A stretch of 64,000 bases of DNA from a plasmid. Below the pieces are notes generated by a model. It had not been told where the DNA came from, did no database searches, and saw nothing but the letters and a program-made list of their open reading frames with translations. The DNA is taken from the sequence record NZ_CP118990.1; one strand, given 5' to 3'. Each line of letters starts with the position of its first letter. Positions within the stretch are counted from its first letter, which is position 1. Positions 39,322-46,770 of the stretch are shown here, in pieces. Both the position numbers and the translations under genes were made by a program.

Positions 39322-39586
39322 TGCTGCGAAAGTTAACACTACGCCTGGCAATGACGCTGTGTGCCCCTTCTCACCCCCTTTGGGGTGGGAAGGTGACTCG
39401 GCGGCCTATATGGTATTGATGCGTTCTCGGTACACCGACTTGATGCACGGGCAGCGAATGTTGTTCATCAGCTCCTTCTCCAGAAGAGGGAACCTGGTGG
39501 AGATAGTCGGACCCTATGCAGAAGAGGCAACCAGGATCATTGAAGCCATGCACAACAAGCCAAAGGCCCTCAAGGCCTCGGCTTAA
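39308..39586 (+). CDS. Small hypothetical protein translationally coupled to the primase
   Basis: ATG overlaps the last codons of the primase. Confidence 0.4.
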   Translation: MAVLNAAKVNTTPGNDAVCPFSPPLGWEGDSAAYMVLMRSRYTDLMHGQRMLFISSFSRRGNLVEIVGPYAEEATRIIEAMHNKPKALKASA

Positions 39587-39654
39587 TTTTTAAACCCTTA
39601 GGGGGGCAAAGACCCCTGAGGGGGTCATGCGCCCTCCAATTTTTGGAGAGAATG

Positions 39655-39903
39655 ATGAAGAAGTTTTTGCGCATGAAAATGTGGTGGGTGCTGTTATTGG
39701 CCCCTGGCAAGAAGACACTAATGGCTATCGGCGACGACCTGCGTAAGGTCGGGGTCAACGCTCTGAGTGTCGGCATTGTCGGCGTGGTTGTCACTGGTGA
39801 TACAATAACCGGTGACGAAGCCTTGCTCGTACTGCTGGGTGGGGTTATCCTTTGGTTAACAGGGGTAATCCTGACCGGTATGGGCAATAGGGAGGATGAA
39901 TGA
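39655..39903 (+). CDS. Small membrane protein
   Basis: GGAGAG RBS; two TM segments. Confidence 0.4.
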   Translation: MKKFLRMKMWWVLLLAPGKKTLMAIGDDLRKVGVNALSVGIVGVVVTGDTITGDEALLVLLGGVILWLTGVILTGMGNREDE

Positions 39904-40019
39904 GCAGCATCGCCATCTTGGTCGGTCTGTTTGGATTCTTAATATTGTTTGCGATTGGAAGTGCATACCTTTTCCATGAGCGCGAAAAGCAAAAAAAGCA
40001 TCCTCACGGCCATCCGTGA
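39900..40019 (+). CDS. Possible 39-aa single-TM peptide
   Basis: GGGAGGA RBS; overlaps the upstream stop; immediately followed by a terminator. Confidence 0.3.
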   Translation: MSSIAILVGLFGFLILFAIGSAYLFHEREKQKKHPHGHP

Positions 40020-40032
40020 ATCACGATGATAA

Positions 40033-40066
40033 AAAGGGGTCAGCATAAGCTGACCCCTTTTTTTAT
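40033..40066 (+). terminator. Strong rho-independent terminator ending the conserved plus-strand gene array
   Basis: aggggtcagc-ataa-gctgacccct followed by T7. Confidence 0.75.
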
Positions 40067-40152
40067 GCTCCAAATCCTGGGGGAAGGCACCAGCCCATGG
40101 TTACCCTTCATGAACACCTGATGGGATTTGTTTGGTCTCAGCGAACTAATCT

Positions 40153-40178
40153 TGGTGTGGGATGAAAATATTTTCATC
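40153..40178. repeat. Perfect 26-bp palindrome GTGGGATGAAAATATTTTCATCCCAC
   Basis: Exact inverted repeat; the same GGGATGAAA motif recurs inside the ISAs1-like MITE at 46.3-46.5 kb. Confidence 0.6.
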
Positions 40179-40204
40179 CCACACTTGGGATTAAACTAGG
40201 TAGA

Positions 40205-40240
40205 CATATTTGACTGGTAAGCAAGCCGGGGTTAAAGTGG
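40205..40240 (+). promoter_or_regulatory. Candidate sigma70 promoter (TTGACT-17-TAAAGT)
   Basis: ttgactggtaagcaagccggggttaaagtg, 17-nt spacer, upstream of the 40.3-42.5 kb small-gene block. Confidence 0.35.
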
Positions 40241-40356
40241 ACATATATGACAGTGCTAATCCGTAAGAAGTATCAAGGAACGGCAATGTATTGCCCTGCA
40301 TGAGTTGTTGTCCGCTTCCATACTTCGGCGATGCGGCTCCCGAGCTTGGAGATGAA

Positions 40357-40644
40357 ATGGCCGCCGATGTGATAGCTGCTTTAAAGCGTATATCTTCAAG
40401 TAGTCAGGCAGATAAAGGGGTAATCATGACAGTAGAGCAGCTTTTGAAGATGGCCCCAGATGCCGCGATGGCTTGGGTGCAGGAGAACCGTGCAACATTT
40501 GAGCTCGTGCCTTTAACCCCTTCTGATGAAATGATCAAAGCCGCAGCGGGGCCCGATTATAGCCAAGAAGATCGTGAGTTGGTTACTCGGGAATGGGTAG
40601 ACATGATCGAGACGCACCGCCACGGCTATTCCATCGTGGCCTAA
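40357..40644 (+). CDS. Hypothetical protein (start uncertain; alternative ATG at 40426)
   Basis: Open frame; shares the MAADVIAA motif with the 41300 ORF. Confidence 0.35.
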   Translation: MAADVIAALKRISSSSQADKGVIMTVEQLLKMAPDAAMAWVQENRATFELVPLTPSDEMIKAAAGPDYSQEDRELVTREWVDMIETHRHGYSIVA

Positions 40645-40659
40645 ATCAGAGGGAAAGCT

Positions 40660-40887
40660 ATGAAATTGGTACGCATCACTCTCCCTGGTTACATGCTGAA
40701 AGGCGAAGCTGAATGCCTGCACTGTGATTACGTGAAGCCATACAGTATGAATCGTGAGGGAATGGCTCGTGGAACAGCGCTTGATAAGGCCCGTGCGGCT
40801 GTAGCGGCCCTCTGCTGCCCGTCATGCGGTACGAGCGATGATGGTTGTATAGCCGTACTGAGCCCCGGCCAGACCGGCGATAAGTAA
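40660..40887 (+). CDS. Small hypothetical protein
   Basis: GAGGGAAAG RBS. Confidence 0.4.
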   Translation: MKLVRITLPGYMLKGEAECLHCDYVKPYSMNREGMARGTALDKARAAVAALCCPSCGTSDDGCIAVLSPGQTGDK

Positions 40888-40900
40888 GAGGATAAACGGC

Positions 40901-41149
40901 ATGGAACACACAGAAGGCCCTTGGGTCGTCAACGAAAAGCATCCTGCTCGTAGCAGCGACGCTGAGGTTATCATCGAGCAGAAGGGGGGCAGTGCCCCTA
41001 TCGCGATCTGCCCACCTATTTATGGTGGCCAGCAGAAAGCTAACGCCCGGCGCATCGTGGTCTGTCAGAAAATCTGCCGAGGTTACTCGACTGATGAACT
41101 CGAACAGAGAGGGCTCGTTGCCCTCGTCGGCGACGAGCTGCTGAAATAG
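40901..41149 (+). CDS. Small hypothetical protein
   Basis: GAGGA RBS. Confidence 0.4.
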   Translation: MEHTEGPWVVNEKHPARSSDAEVIIEQKGGSAPIAICPPIYGGQQKANARRIVVCQKICRGYSTDELEQRGLVALVGDELLK

Positions 41150-41299
41150 GATGGACTGCTCAAGAGCATCAGGGAGCGAATCCGCGACTGGACTTCGATG
41201 ACCCCAGCCGACATGAAAGCCGCTCTGTCCGACATTGAGGACGAGATCTCCGCAGCCGAACTGCTGTGAGCGCGATAAGAGTTAAGGGAAAGACAGACC

Positions 41300-41620
41300 A
41301 TGGAAATGACTTTTACAGCCCTGATAGCCCTTGGCGTGAGCTGGTCAGCCGGTGCCGTTCTTGAGGTGTCATCGCATGACGCGGATGTGCGGAAGATGGT
41401 TCTTGATGATATAGCCGAGGACGGCGACAAGGAATTTATTGATGCTCTCGGCGCTGGTCTGCCAAAGTCGGGCCTTATCAAGGTTCATGCCGAACTGGTC
41501 GGCTGGCCGAGCGAGTATGAGGCGGGCGAGTACAGGCTAATCAGCGCCACGACAGTATTGGCTCCTGAGCTGGCTAATGTCATGGCGGCTGATGTGATCG
41601 CCGCAGCAAGCAACTGCTAG
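41300..41620 (+). CDS. Small hypothetical protein
   Basis: AAGGGAAAG RBS. Confidence 0.4.
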   Translation: MEMTFTALIALGVSWSAGAVLEVSSHDADVRKMVLDDIAEDGDKEFIDALGAGLPKSGLIKVHAELVGWPSEYEAGEYRLISATTVLAPELANVMAADVIAAASNC

Positions 41621-41790
41621 GGTGTTCATGCTCCGTCATGCGGCTAGCCGGTTGCTGGATCTGGAGTCAACTGAACTGACAGAGGGGGCCGATGGCCGCC
41701 CCGATCCGGTGAAGCTCAAAGAGGCCCAGGCAGTCGCCAAACGCCTTGAAGCGATGGCCGATAGGCTGGAATCCAAGGGATAGAGGAACA

Positions 41791-42087
41791 ATGGGAACAC
41801 TGATTTTTTACTCTAATGACCCCGCGATATTGCCACGGGTTTCCTCGAACGCCCGCGGGGCGGAGAGTTGGAGCGGACTTAGAGTTGATCAGCTTTCCGA
41901 AGAGCAAATAGAGCAGCTCTTTCGATACTGCCGCACGGAAGGATACCGGCAGGGGTGGAATGACGCTGTTGGTCGGCGCATGGGTGACAGCAGGAAGGGG
42001 CCATTCCATCCAGAACTACTGGGTGGGAAACCCAGTAAGTTGTGGCAGGAAAGCTATGACGATGGAACGGAGGAGAGGGGCGCATAG
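41791..42087 (+). CDS. Small hypothetical protein
   Basis: AGAGGAA RBS. Confidence 0.4.
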   Translation: MGTLIFYSNDPAILPRVSSNARGAESWSGLRVDQLSEEQIEQLFRYCRTEGYRQGWNDAVGRRMGDSRKGPFHPELLGGKPSKLWQESYDDGTEERGA

Positions 42088-42191
42088 CCAATTCCCCACA
42101 GGCTCTCCATCCACATGCTGGCTGGGATGAACTGTGAATATATTCGCGTTCCTTTGGAAGATAATTATGACGAGAGGTAAGCCAGACACCT

Positions 42192-42554
42192 ATGACTAGC
42201 ACTAGCAAAGCTAACGGACCATTCCACCAGATCATTCGGGGGAAAGGTTGGACGCTGGTTGAGGTCGGCCTGCGCTGGGGGATTAAAGAACGGCAGATGA
42301 GCCGCATCGCAAACTCGGCAAAGCAAAGAGACCTTGATGCCGCCAACGGTCTACCGTTGAATGACAAAAATGCCTCAAAGATGGTGGGCGAGCCCATGCA
42401 CCAGCACATCCGGGGTAAAGGCTGGACGTTGACCGAGGTAGGAGAACGATGGGGCGTCGCTAAACGGCAAATGAGCCGCATCGTGAAGGCGGGCAAGCCA
42501 AAAGATCTTGATGCCGCAACCGGCTTGCCTCACCAAGACAAGTCAGCCAAGTGA
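42192..42554 (+). CDS. Tandem-duplicated helix-turn-helix (XRE/Cro-like) protein
   Basis: Two ~55-aa repeats IRGKGWTL.EVG.RWG...RQMSRI...K..DLDAA.GLP; pattern matches HTH of XRE-family regulators. Confidence 0.5.
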   Translation: MTSTSKANGPFHQIIRGKGWTLVEVGLRWGIKERQMSRIANSAKQRDLDAANGLPLNDKNASKMVGEPMHQHIRGKGWTLTEVGERWGVAKRQMSRIVKAGKPKDLDAATGLPHQDKSAK

Positions 42555-42741
42555 TGGTCTCTAGGAGGTGTGGTGCGGGCATAGCCCATGCAGCCCCAGC
42601 CGAACCGGCTGGGGCTGGGTTTTATTGCGTTTTGCATATGCAGTTGCATTTTGAGATGCAGTGGTACCATTGAATAAAACATTAAGGGGGATTTGACGGT
42701 GAGACCGATCAACACCCTACAACACTAACGAGGTAAGTATC

Positions 42742-43467
42742 ATGATGACATTGACCACTGTCGCCAAAAAGACATCCAACAACTCAGCCCTGGTATTCTG
42801 GCGCGTAGGTACGAAACGCAAGGGCATTCTGGACGTTCGCACGGACTTCGAGCATGAGGAATCTGACCTCCTCGCAGAGTTGATCGCGATTCGACACCTG
42901 GCATTGGATAAGCAGGTATTCTGCCGGGAGCCAGGCGCCGGAGCTGGTTACAAGCTGGTGGTTTCGAAAGGTGCGATCAAGAAACTAGCGTTGGGGAAAT
43001 CAAGTAAGGCATTCGCCGCTAAGTTTGCATCCTTCCTGACTGGCAGGATGCAGGGGGCCACTATTGAAGTGGCCCAAGGCATGGATTACATGGATGAGCC
43101 CGGTGAGAGTAACATCGAACTCCTTGATGTGGACAAGCAGGCATTCACTCAAACCTATGATGAGATCAATACACCTGCTATTGGCCCAGTGCTTGTAACT
43201 CAACATGCCCTCAGCCAATATCAAGCTAGGATCACATCTGGTGACCCCAAGAAACCTTGGGCTTCGCTTGTCGGCCGCCTCAAGCACCCGGAGCTACAGT
43301 TGCAACCATTCGATGAGAGGGTGGCCCGCCACAAAGCAATGAGGTATGGCCGCGTGGATAACGTGGAAGTCTGGGGGCACCGGGATTCTAAATTCAAATA
43401 TCTGATGGTCATCAATGACGATAATAAGAAGCGGGTATTGGTAACTGTATTTGAACGAAAGGAATAG
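42742..43467 (+). CDS. Hypothetical protein (241 aa); last ~25 codons lie in a 162-bp direct repeat
   Basis: GAGGTAAG RBS; no motif recognised. Confidence 0.5.
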   Translation: MMTLTTVAKKTSNNSALVFWRVGTKRKGILDVRTDFEHEESDLLAELIAIRHLALDKQVFCREPGAGAGYKLVVSKGAIKKLALGKSSKAFAAKFASFLTGRMQGATIEVAQGMDYMDEPGESNIELLDVDKQAFTQTYDEINTPAIGPVLVTQHALSQYQARITSGDPKKPWASLVGRLKHPELQLQPFDERVARHKAMRYGRVDNVEVWGHRDSKFKYLMVINDDNKKRVLVTVFERKE

Positions 43468-43551
43468 TTGAGTAATTTGTCATATAGATCTTATTCTGCA
43501 AGGTGTAAAAAATCGGTGCCGACTAGGCAGTTATCGGACAGATCGCCTTGA
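43389..43551. repeat. Direct repeat copy 1 (~162 bp), second copy at 46609-46770
   Basis: taaattcaaatatctgatggtcatcaatgacgataataag...ggacagatcgccttgaa identical at both sites. Confidence 0.85.
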
Positions 43552-43826
43552 ATGTGGATAGTCGATGAACGATCTCCGGGTTGATAGGAGCGACGCAGGG
43601 TCTTGCCATCAACGGCAATCAATGCCCCATCCATCTGCTGCTGGATGGCCTGGGTCCAGCGAATGAATGCTGCCTGAAACTGCTCTGGCTGGATGCGGGA
43701 GATGATCCTGGCGATGGTGTCATGCACAGGAATACCATTTAGAAACAGTCCCTTATCTTGAAGCCATGCCAGATGGACCTCGCCAAAGTCTTCGATGTCC
43801 TCCCACCCCTGAGCGCCACCAATCAC
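43491..43826 (-). pseudogene. ISAs1 (H-repeat) family transposase N-terminal fragment, truncated at both ends and fused to the duplicated 3' end of the 46711 gene
   Basis: GAQGWEDIEDFGEVHLAWL...NGIPVHDTIARIISRIQPEQFQAAFIRWTQ...AVDGKTLRRSY matches the conserved N-terminal region of ISAs1/H-rpt transposases; lacks ~35 N-terminal aa and the entire catalytic region. Confidence 0.6.
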
Positions 43827-43873
43827 AGCGCAAACGGTCAGAAACAGGACATCGTAAAAGGGATAAGAGATTT

Positions 43874-44437
43874 TTGGATGATGTCACACTGGTGGTTTCA
43901 GAAGGGGATACGACGCAGATAGACCACATTGTCGTTGCTCCAACCGGAATATTTGTCGTCGAGACAAAGTTCTATAAAGGCCGGATTTATGGCAAGGAAT
44001 CAGACAAGCAGTGGACCCAGAAAATCTTCAAGAACACCTATAAGTTCCAGAACCCGTTTCGTCAGAACTACAAGCATGTGAAGGCTATTGAGGCACTTCT
44101 TCCCAACATTGGGTTGGCAAACATTCATTCCGTGGTTGTCATGCTCGGGGAATGTGAGTGGGCAAGCAAAGATCGACCAGCAGCTCTCTTCACTTCCGGG
44201 TGGAAAGCGGCGGACTACATTAACGACATGATTGCCAGTGGACAGAAGGTGCTCGATGTCGAAGAGGCCTCTGCGAGGCTCCAGAGTCTCAGGCTAAATG
44301 TTTCTCGAAAGGCTGGGCGCGGTGGTAGGACTATTGCAGAGGCAGTTAAAGAAGGTATTAATGTTCGTGTAATACAAGAATCTAATGGTGATATTGTTTC
44401 GGGTTTTCCAACAAACGTACCAAGGAATCCAAAATGA
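43874..44437 (+). CDS. NERD (nuclease-related domain) protein, apparently N-terminally truncated (TTG start?)
   Basis: QIDHIVVAPTGIFVVETKFYKG...W.Q......YKFQNPFRQNYKH matches the NERD family core; no upstream TM/N-terminal region; abuts the transposase fragment. Confidence 0.55.
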   Translation: MDDVTLVVSEGDTTQIDHIVVAPTGIFVVETKFYKGRIYGKESDKQWTQKIFKNTYKFQNPFRQNYKHVKAIEALLPNIGLANIHSVVVMLGECEWASKDRPAALFTSGWKAADYINDMIASGQKVLDVEEASARLQSLRLNVSRKAGRGGRTIAEAVKEGINVRVIQESNGDIVSGFPTNVPRNPK

Positions 44438-44709
44438 AAAATGAATATAGAGAAATTGAATCCACGCTAGATCTTTTGCTTATGGTGCTGTCTGATTCGT
44501 TTTCTGAATCTGAAAGTATAGAAGTGCAAGAATTTATTGATGTGGGTGAGTATGGAATCGCACTAGAAACTATCATTGACATTATTAATGAAGAGTCAAA
44601 GAACATAACAAATGAAGCTGAGTTTCTGATTGAAAAAGCAGGGAGGATAATGAATATGGATACTGCATCCATTGTGGATAAGATTTCAAAACATATAGAT
44701 AAAGAATAA
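44434..44709 (+). CDS. Small acidic cytoplasmic protein (immunity-like)
   Basis: ATGA overlap with the NERD gene stop; visibly AT-rich coding sequence. Confidence 0.45.
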   Translation: MKNEYREIESTLDLLLMVLSDSFSESESIEVQEFIDVGEYGIALETIIDIINEESKNITNEAEFLIEKAGRIMNMDTASIVDKISKHIDKE

Positions 44710-44710
44710 G

Positions 44711-44953
44711 ATGAAAAAAATCGGTTTAAAATATAGAGCAGTATATCTGCTTGGATTTCCGTTAGCTGGAGTCCTTATAGGGATTGCAGTGTTCGCTTTA
44801 TTCAACTATGTGAATGGGCCTCTAAGTAAATTCGCCTTATATCTGTCCGTTGGTGTTTGGGGGGGGTATGGAGTGTTCTCAGGAACCTATGGATACTTAA
44901 ATCTAAGGAAAATATTAAAGTTAAAGAGAGCTAATGAGGAATCCAAGGATTAA
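44711..44953 (+). CDS. Small two-TM membrane protein
   Basis: Hydrophobic; AT-rich cassette. Confidence 0.4.
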   Translation: MKKIGLKYRAVYLLGFPLAGVLIGIAVFALFNYVNGPLSKFALYLSVGVWGGYGVFSGTYGYLNLRKILKLKRANEESKD

Positions 44954-45000
44954 TTACGGCTCACATGGTTCTGCTATTGGCGTAGCTTTGGGGACGGTTT

Positions 45001-45300
45001 ATGGAAATCAATAACTGGTTTGATTTTATTATATACACAATTTATTTCTTTGGGGTTGTGATAGTTATCCTTCCTACTGGGGTTATCTTTCTTTGGTTGA
45101 CATTGAAAAATCTTGTCAAAATGAGAACCCCGAGATACGAAATAAAGCACTACAAGTATTTCTCTGCAAGAAATATATTTGAAGTGTGTGTTGCAGGTGT
45201 TTTTTCTGTGGCTTTTTCTGTTTGGTATCTGTTTTTTGCCAAAGGGGGAAATCTGTTTCTTTATCCGTCAGAGGTAATGAGATTTTTTTCAGGCGGATGA
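45001..45300 (+). CDS. Small membrane protein
   Basis: Hydrophobic; AT-rich cassette; stop abuts the Rhs fragment. Confidence 0.4.
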   Translation: MEINNWFDFIIYTIYFFGVVIVILPTGVIFLWLTLKNLVKMRTPRYEIKHYKYFSARNIFEVCVAGVFSVAFSVWYLFFAKGGNLFLYPSEVMRFFSGG

Positions 45301-45303
45301 TAG

Positions 45304-45759
45304 TGTGGATCAGGCTCTGGCGTTGGCCCGGCCGCCGTCAGCGGCCAAGTGGTTTGGAAGGCGAGCTACAGCCCGTTCGGTAAGGCCAGCGTCACCACCC
45401 AGGGGCCAACCTTCAACCTGCGATTCCCAGGACAGTATTACGACGCGGAGACCGGGCTCCATTACAACTGGCATCGCTACTATGACCCAGCACTTGGCCG
45501 TTACTTACAATCAGACCGCCTTGGCCTGTTCGATGGGGTGGATACCTATGGGTATGTTCGCGCAAACCCTTTATCTGCCGGAGCGGCGGCTGGTGCGGGT
45601 ATAGCCAGCCTGCTTGGTCAAAGTGCTGGTCTATATGTTTCAGGAAAGGATGTTACTGATTACTGTAATTATGATTTTTCCGCTGTGGCTGGAGCTGCGC
45701 TGGGAGGGGCTTTAGGAGGACCTCTAGGAAGTACAATAGGGCGTTATATTAGCCCTTAG
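45304..45759 (+). CDS. Orphan Rhs C-terminal fragment: end of the RHS core plus a short Gly-zipper C-terminal (toxin) domain; no canonical start
   Basis: SYSPFGKA....[38 protein letters not shown] is the hallmark RHS core terminus (PxxxxDPxGL region); followed by a ~75-aa G/A-rich tail; the frame opens directly after the stop of the preceding gene. Confidence 0.65.
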   Translation, partial: CGSGSGVGPAAVSGQVVWKASYSPFGKASVTTQGPTFNLRFPGQYYDAETGLHYNWHRYYDPALGRYLQSDRLGLFDGVDTYGYVRANPLSAGAAAGAGIASLLGQSAGLYVSGKDVTDYCNYDFSAVAGAALGGALGGPLGSTIGRYISP

Positions 45760-45886
45760 CGCTTTACAATCATTGGACGTCCATTAAGTTCATCAGGGAT
45801 AAATAAAATTCCGGGAAATACTGTTGGCTCTGTGGTTGAAGGTGTTACCGTTGGCTCGGGTGAATTATTTGGTAAGGGGTTTTAAT

Positions 45887-46239
45887 ATGATGTGGATTGT
45901 TACGGCCATGTACTTTGTTGTTGTATCAGGTCTTTTATTAGTAGGGTTCGTTGTTTATGGGAAAACTCTATTTTTCCTGGGTAGGTCCGGTGCCTTTGCT
46001 AAATATGTGGGGGGGGGGGTATTGTTTACGTGTTGTTTGCGTGTGTATTGGTTGCACCGTTATTTATTGCTCCCGTGTTTATCAATGGGTGGCGTGAAGC
46101 TTTTAATTCTAATGTGGTTTATGCAGTTTATTTTATGGTGCTTTTTGTTTTAGCAGCATTACCGGGTGGGCTGTATTTCAAAAAGAATTTCTTATCTCGT
46201 CTGAGAAGGCTTGGCTACTTTAAGAAAAGGCAGTATTGA
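45887..46239 (+). pseudogene. Putative membrane immunity protein split by a frameshift at a G11 homopolymer (46009-46019)
   Basis: AAGGGG RBS and ATG at 45887; a hydrophobic N-terminal ORF and a hydrophobic C-terminal ORF (46030-46239) overlap in different frames exactly across the G11 tract. Confidence 0.45.
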
Positions 46240-46287
46240 GAACGGCTTGAAATATTGCCACCAGCGGTTAAGCCTGCTGGTGGCGTA

Positions 46288-46607
46288 GGGAAGGTGCGAA
46301 TAAGTCACCAAACATAAAAATGTGTGGGATGAAAATAAAGTTTCATCCTTGCAAATAAAGTGTCATCCCAACGGGATGAAAGCATTGATTTTGCTGGGCT
46401 GTAGCCGTTCTTACTGCTCAAATCACTGACTTTAGGATGAAACTTTAACCATCGTAGCGGGCTGGATCGCAACGTAATTTCTGGGTTTCAAGGCGGCGAA
46501 AGGATGAAACTTTATTTTCATCCAACAAAATGCGCCCTTGTAAGTATTTGAATTTAATGAACTAAATTTTTCTGTTTCGTTGTGGAGGGTGCTTATTCGC
46601 ACCCTCC
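46288..46607. mobile_element. ISAs1-family-derived miniature element (MITE): terminal inverted repeats GGGAAGGTGCGAATAAG / GGAGGGTGCGAATAAG, no transposase
   Basis: Left end gggaaggtgcgaataagtcacc at 46288; right end (reverse complement) ggagggtgcgaataagcaccc at 46607; interior carries GGATGAAA inverted-repeat motifs (46326, 46360, 46437, 46501). Confidence 0.5.
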
Positions 46608-46608
46608 A

Positions 46609-46770
46609 TAAATTCAAATATCTGATGGTCATCAATGACGATAATAAGAAGCGGGTATTGGTAACTGTATTTGAACGAAAGGAATAGTTGAGTAATTTGT
46701 CATATAGATCTTATTCTGCAAGGTGTAAAAAATCGGTGCCGACTAGGCAGTTATCGGACAGATCGCCTTG
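46609..46770. repeat. Direct repeat copy 2 (~162 bp)
   Basis: Identical to 43389-43551; begins immediately after the MITE right end. Confidence 0.85.

Noticed and set aside
12540-39640. Considered the AACCC-GGGG/CCCC hairpins as ordinary rho-independent terminators or REP elements
   Set aside because: They lack T-runs and occur immediately upstream of RBSs throughout apparently polycistronic arrays. Their inner sequences are gene-specific rather than a single repeated REP consensus. Kept as a finding of unknown function.
45186-45604. ORFs 45186-45383 and 45305-45604 overlapping the Rhs fragment in other frames
   Set aside because: The frame carrying the RHS core motif (45304-45759) is clearly the biologically meaningful one. 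The others are GC-driven shadow frames.
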